Below, in pieces: positions 62,708 to 64,000 of a DNA stretch of 64,000 nt (positions within the stretch are counted from its first letter, which is position 1; each line of letters opens with the position of its first letter). The translations under genes and the position numbers were made by a program. This DNA is from Chiloscyllium plagiosum (Eukaryota), in the NCBI RefSeq assembly GCF_004010195.1, contig NC_057752.1, positions 2,645,004-2,709,003 of the forward strand. The letters are read 5' to 3'. The notes beneath the pieces are model-generated. The model had not been told where the DNA came from and searched no databases. It worked only from the letters and a program-made list of their open reading frames with translations.

Positions 62708-64000
62708 AGTCAAAGAGTCACAGAGATGTACAGCATGGAAATAGACCCTTCAGTCCAGCTCATCCATACCAACCAGATATCTTAAACCAATGTAGTCCTA
62801 CCTGCCAGCATCTGGCCCATATTCCTCCAAACCCTTCCTATTCAGATACCCATCCAGGTGCCTTTTCAATGCTGTAATTGTACCAGCCTTTACCACTTCC
62901 TCTGGCAGCTCATTCCATACACTCACCACCCTCTGCGTGAAAAGATTGCCCCTTAGGTCCCTTTGATATCTTTCCCGTCCTAACCTAAACCTATGCCCTC
63001 TAGTTCTGGACTCCCTCCACCCCAGGGAAAAGACCTTGTCTATTTACCCTATCCATGTCCCTCATGATTTTATAAACTTCGATAAGGTCACCCCTCAGCC
63101 TCCGACGCTCCAGGAAAACCGCCCCAGCCTGTTCAGCCTCTCCCTATAGCTCAAATCCTCCAACCCTGGCAACATCCTTGTAAATCTTTTCTGAAACCTT
63201 TCAAGTTTCACAACATCCTTCCAACAGAAAGGAGACCAGAATTGTACACAGTATTCCAAAAGTGGCCTAACAAATGTCCTGTACAGCCACAACATGACCT
63301 CCCAACTCCTGTACTCAATACTCTGACCAATAAAGGAAGGCATACCAAACGCCTTCTTCACTATCCTATCTACCTGCGACTCCGCTTTCAAGGAGCTATG
63401 AACCTGCACTCCAAGGTCTCTTTGTTCAGCAACACTCCCTAGGACCTTACCATTAAGTGTATAAGTCCTGCTAAGATTTGCTTTCCCAAAATGCTGCACC
63501 TCACATTTATCTAAATTAAACTTCATCTGCCATCCCTCAGCCCATTGGCCCATCTGGTCAAGATCCCATTGTAATCCGAGGTAACCTTCTTCACTGTCCA
63601 CTACACCTCCAATTTTGGTGTCATCTGCAAACTTACTAACTATACCCCCTATGTTCATATTCAAATCATTTACGTAAATGATGAAAAGTAGTGGACCCAG
63701 CACCGTTCCTTGTGGCACTCCACTGGTCGCAGACCTCCAGTCTGAAAAACAATCCTCCACCACCACCCTCTGTCTTCTGTGTTCGAGACTAATGGCTAGT
63801 TGTCCCTGTATTCCATGAGATCTAACCTTGCTAACCAGTCTCCCATGGGGAACCTTGTCGAATGCCTTACTGAAGTCTATATAGATCACGTCCACTGCTG
63901 TGCCCTCATCAATCCTCTTTGTTACTTTTTCAAAAAACTCAAGTTTGTGAGACATGATTTCCCACACACAAAGCCATGTTGACTATCCTTAATCAGTCCT
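62708..64000 (-). mobile_element. Young CR1 (HER1-like) LINE, RT region and 3' tail; runs off window end
   Basis: ORF 63095-63967: DFSKAFDKVPH, GVPQGTVLGP, KFADDTK, LYRTFVRPLLEYC. Confidence 0.94.

Overview
Vertebrate, repeat-dense genomic DNA. The SINE/LINE repertoire points to a cartilaginous fish, probably a shark (inference). The window is almost entirely intronic sequence of a + strand RBMS-family RNA-binding protein gene, most like RBMS2. Two coding exons are visible: 35074-35240 ([16 protein letters not shown]...[26 protein letters not shown]) and 59993-60051 ([19 protein letters not shown]), joined across a ~24.75-kb phase-2 intron. The rest is mostly decayed retroelements: several CR1 LINE families, L2-like remnants, a second LINE clade with its partner tRNA-SINE, HE1/V-SINE-like and DeuSINE-like SINEs, and three families of Penelope-like elements (PLEs). 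The most interesting signal is at the PLE 3' termini. Each family carries a minimal hammerhead-ribozyme-like core (CUGANGA-A-stem II-GAAAC-GUH) whose stems covary between families. Roughly 15 short (90-250 bp) derivatives of these termini are scattered through the introns, many with 13-20 bp target-site duplications, and several are fold-back hairpins with a core on each strand. Repeat boundaries were read by eye and are approximate. Two assembly gaps are present (2390-2536, 40301-41120).
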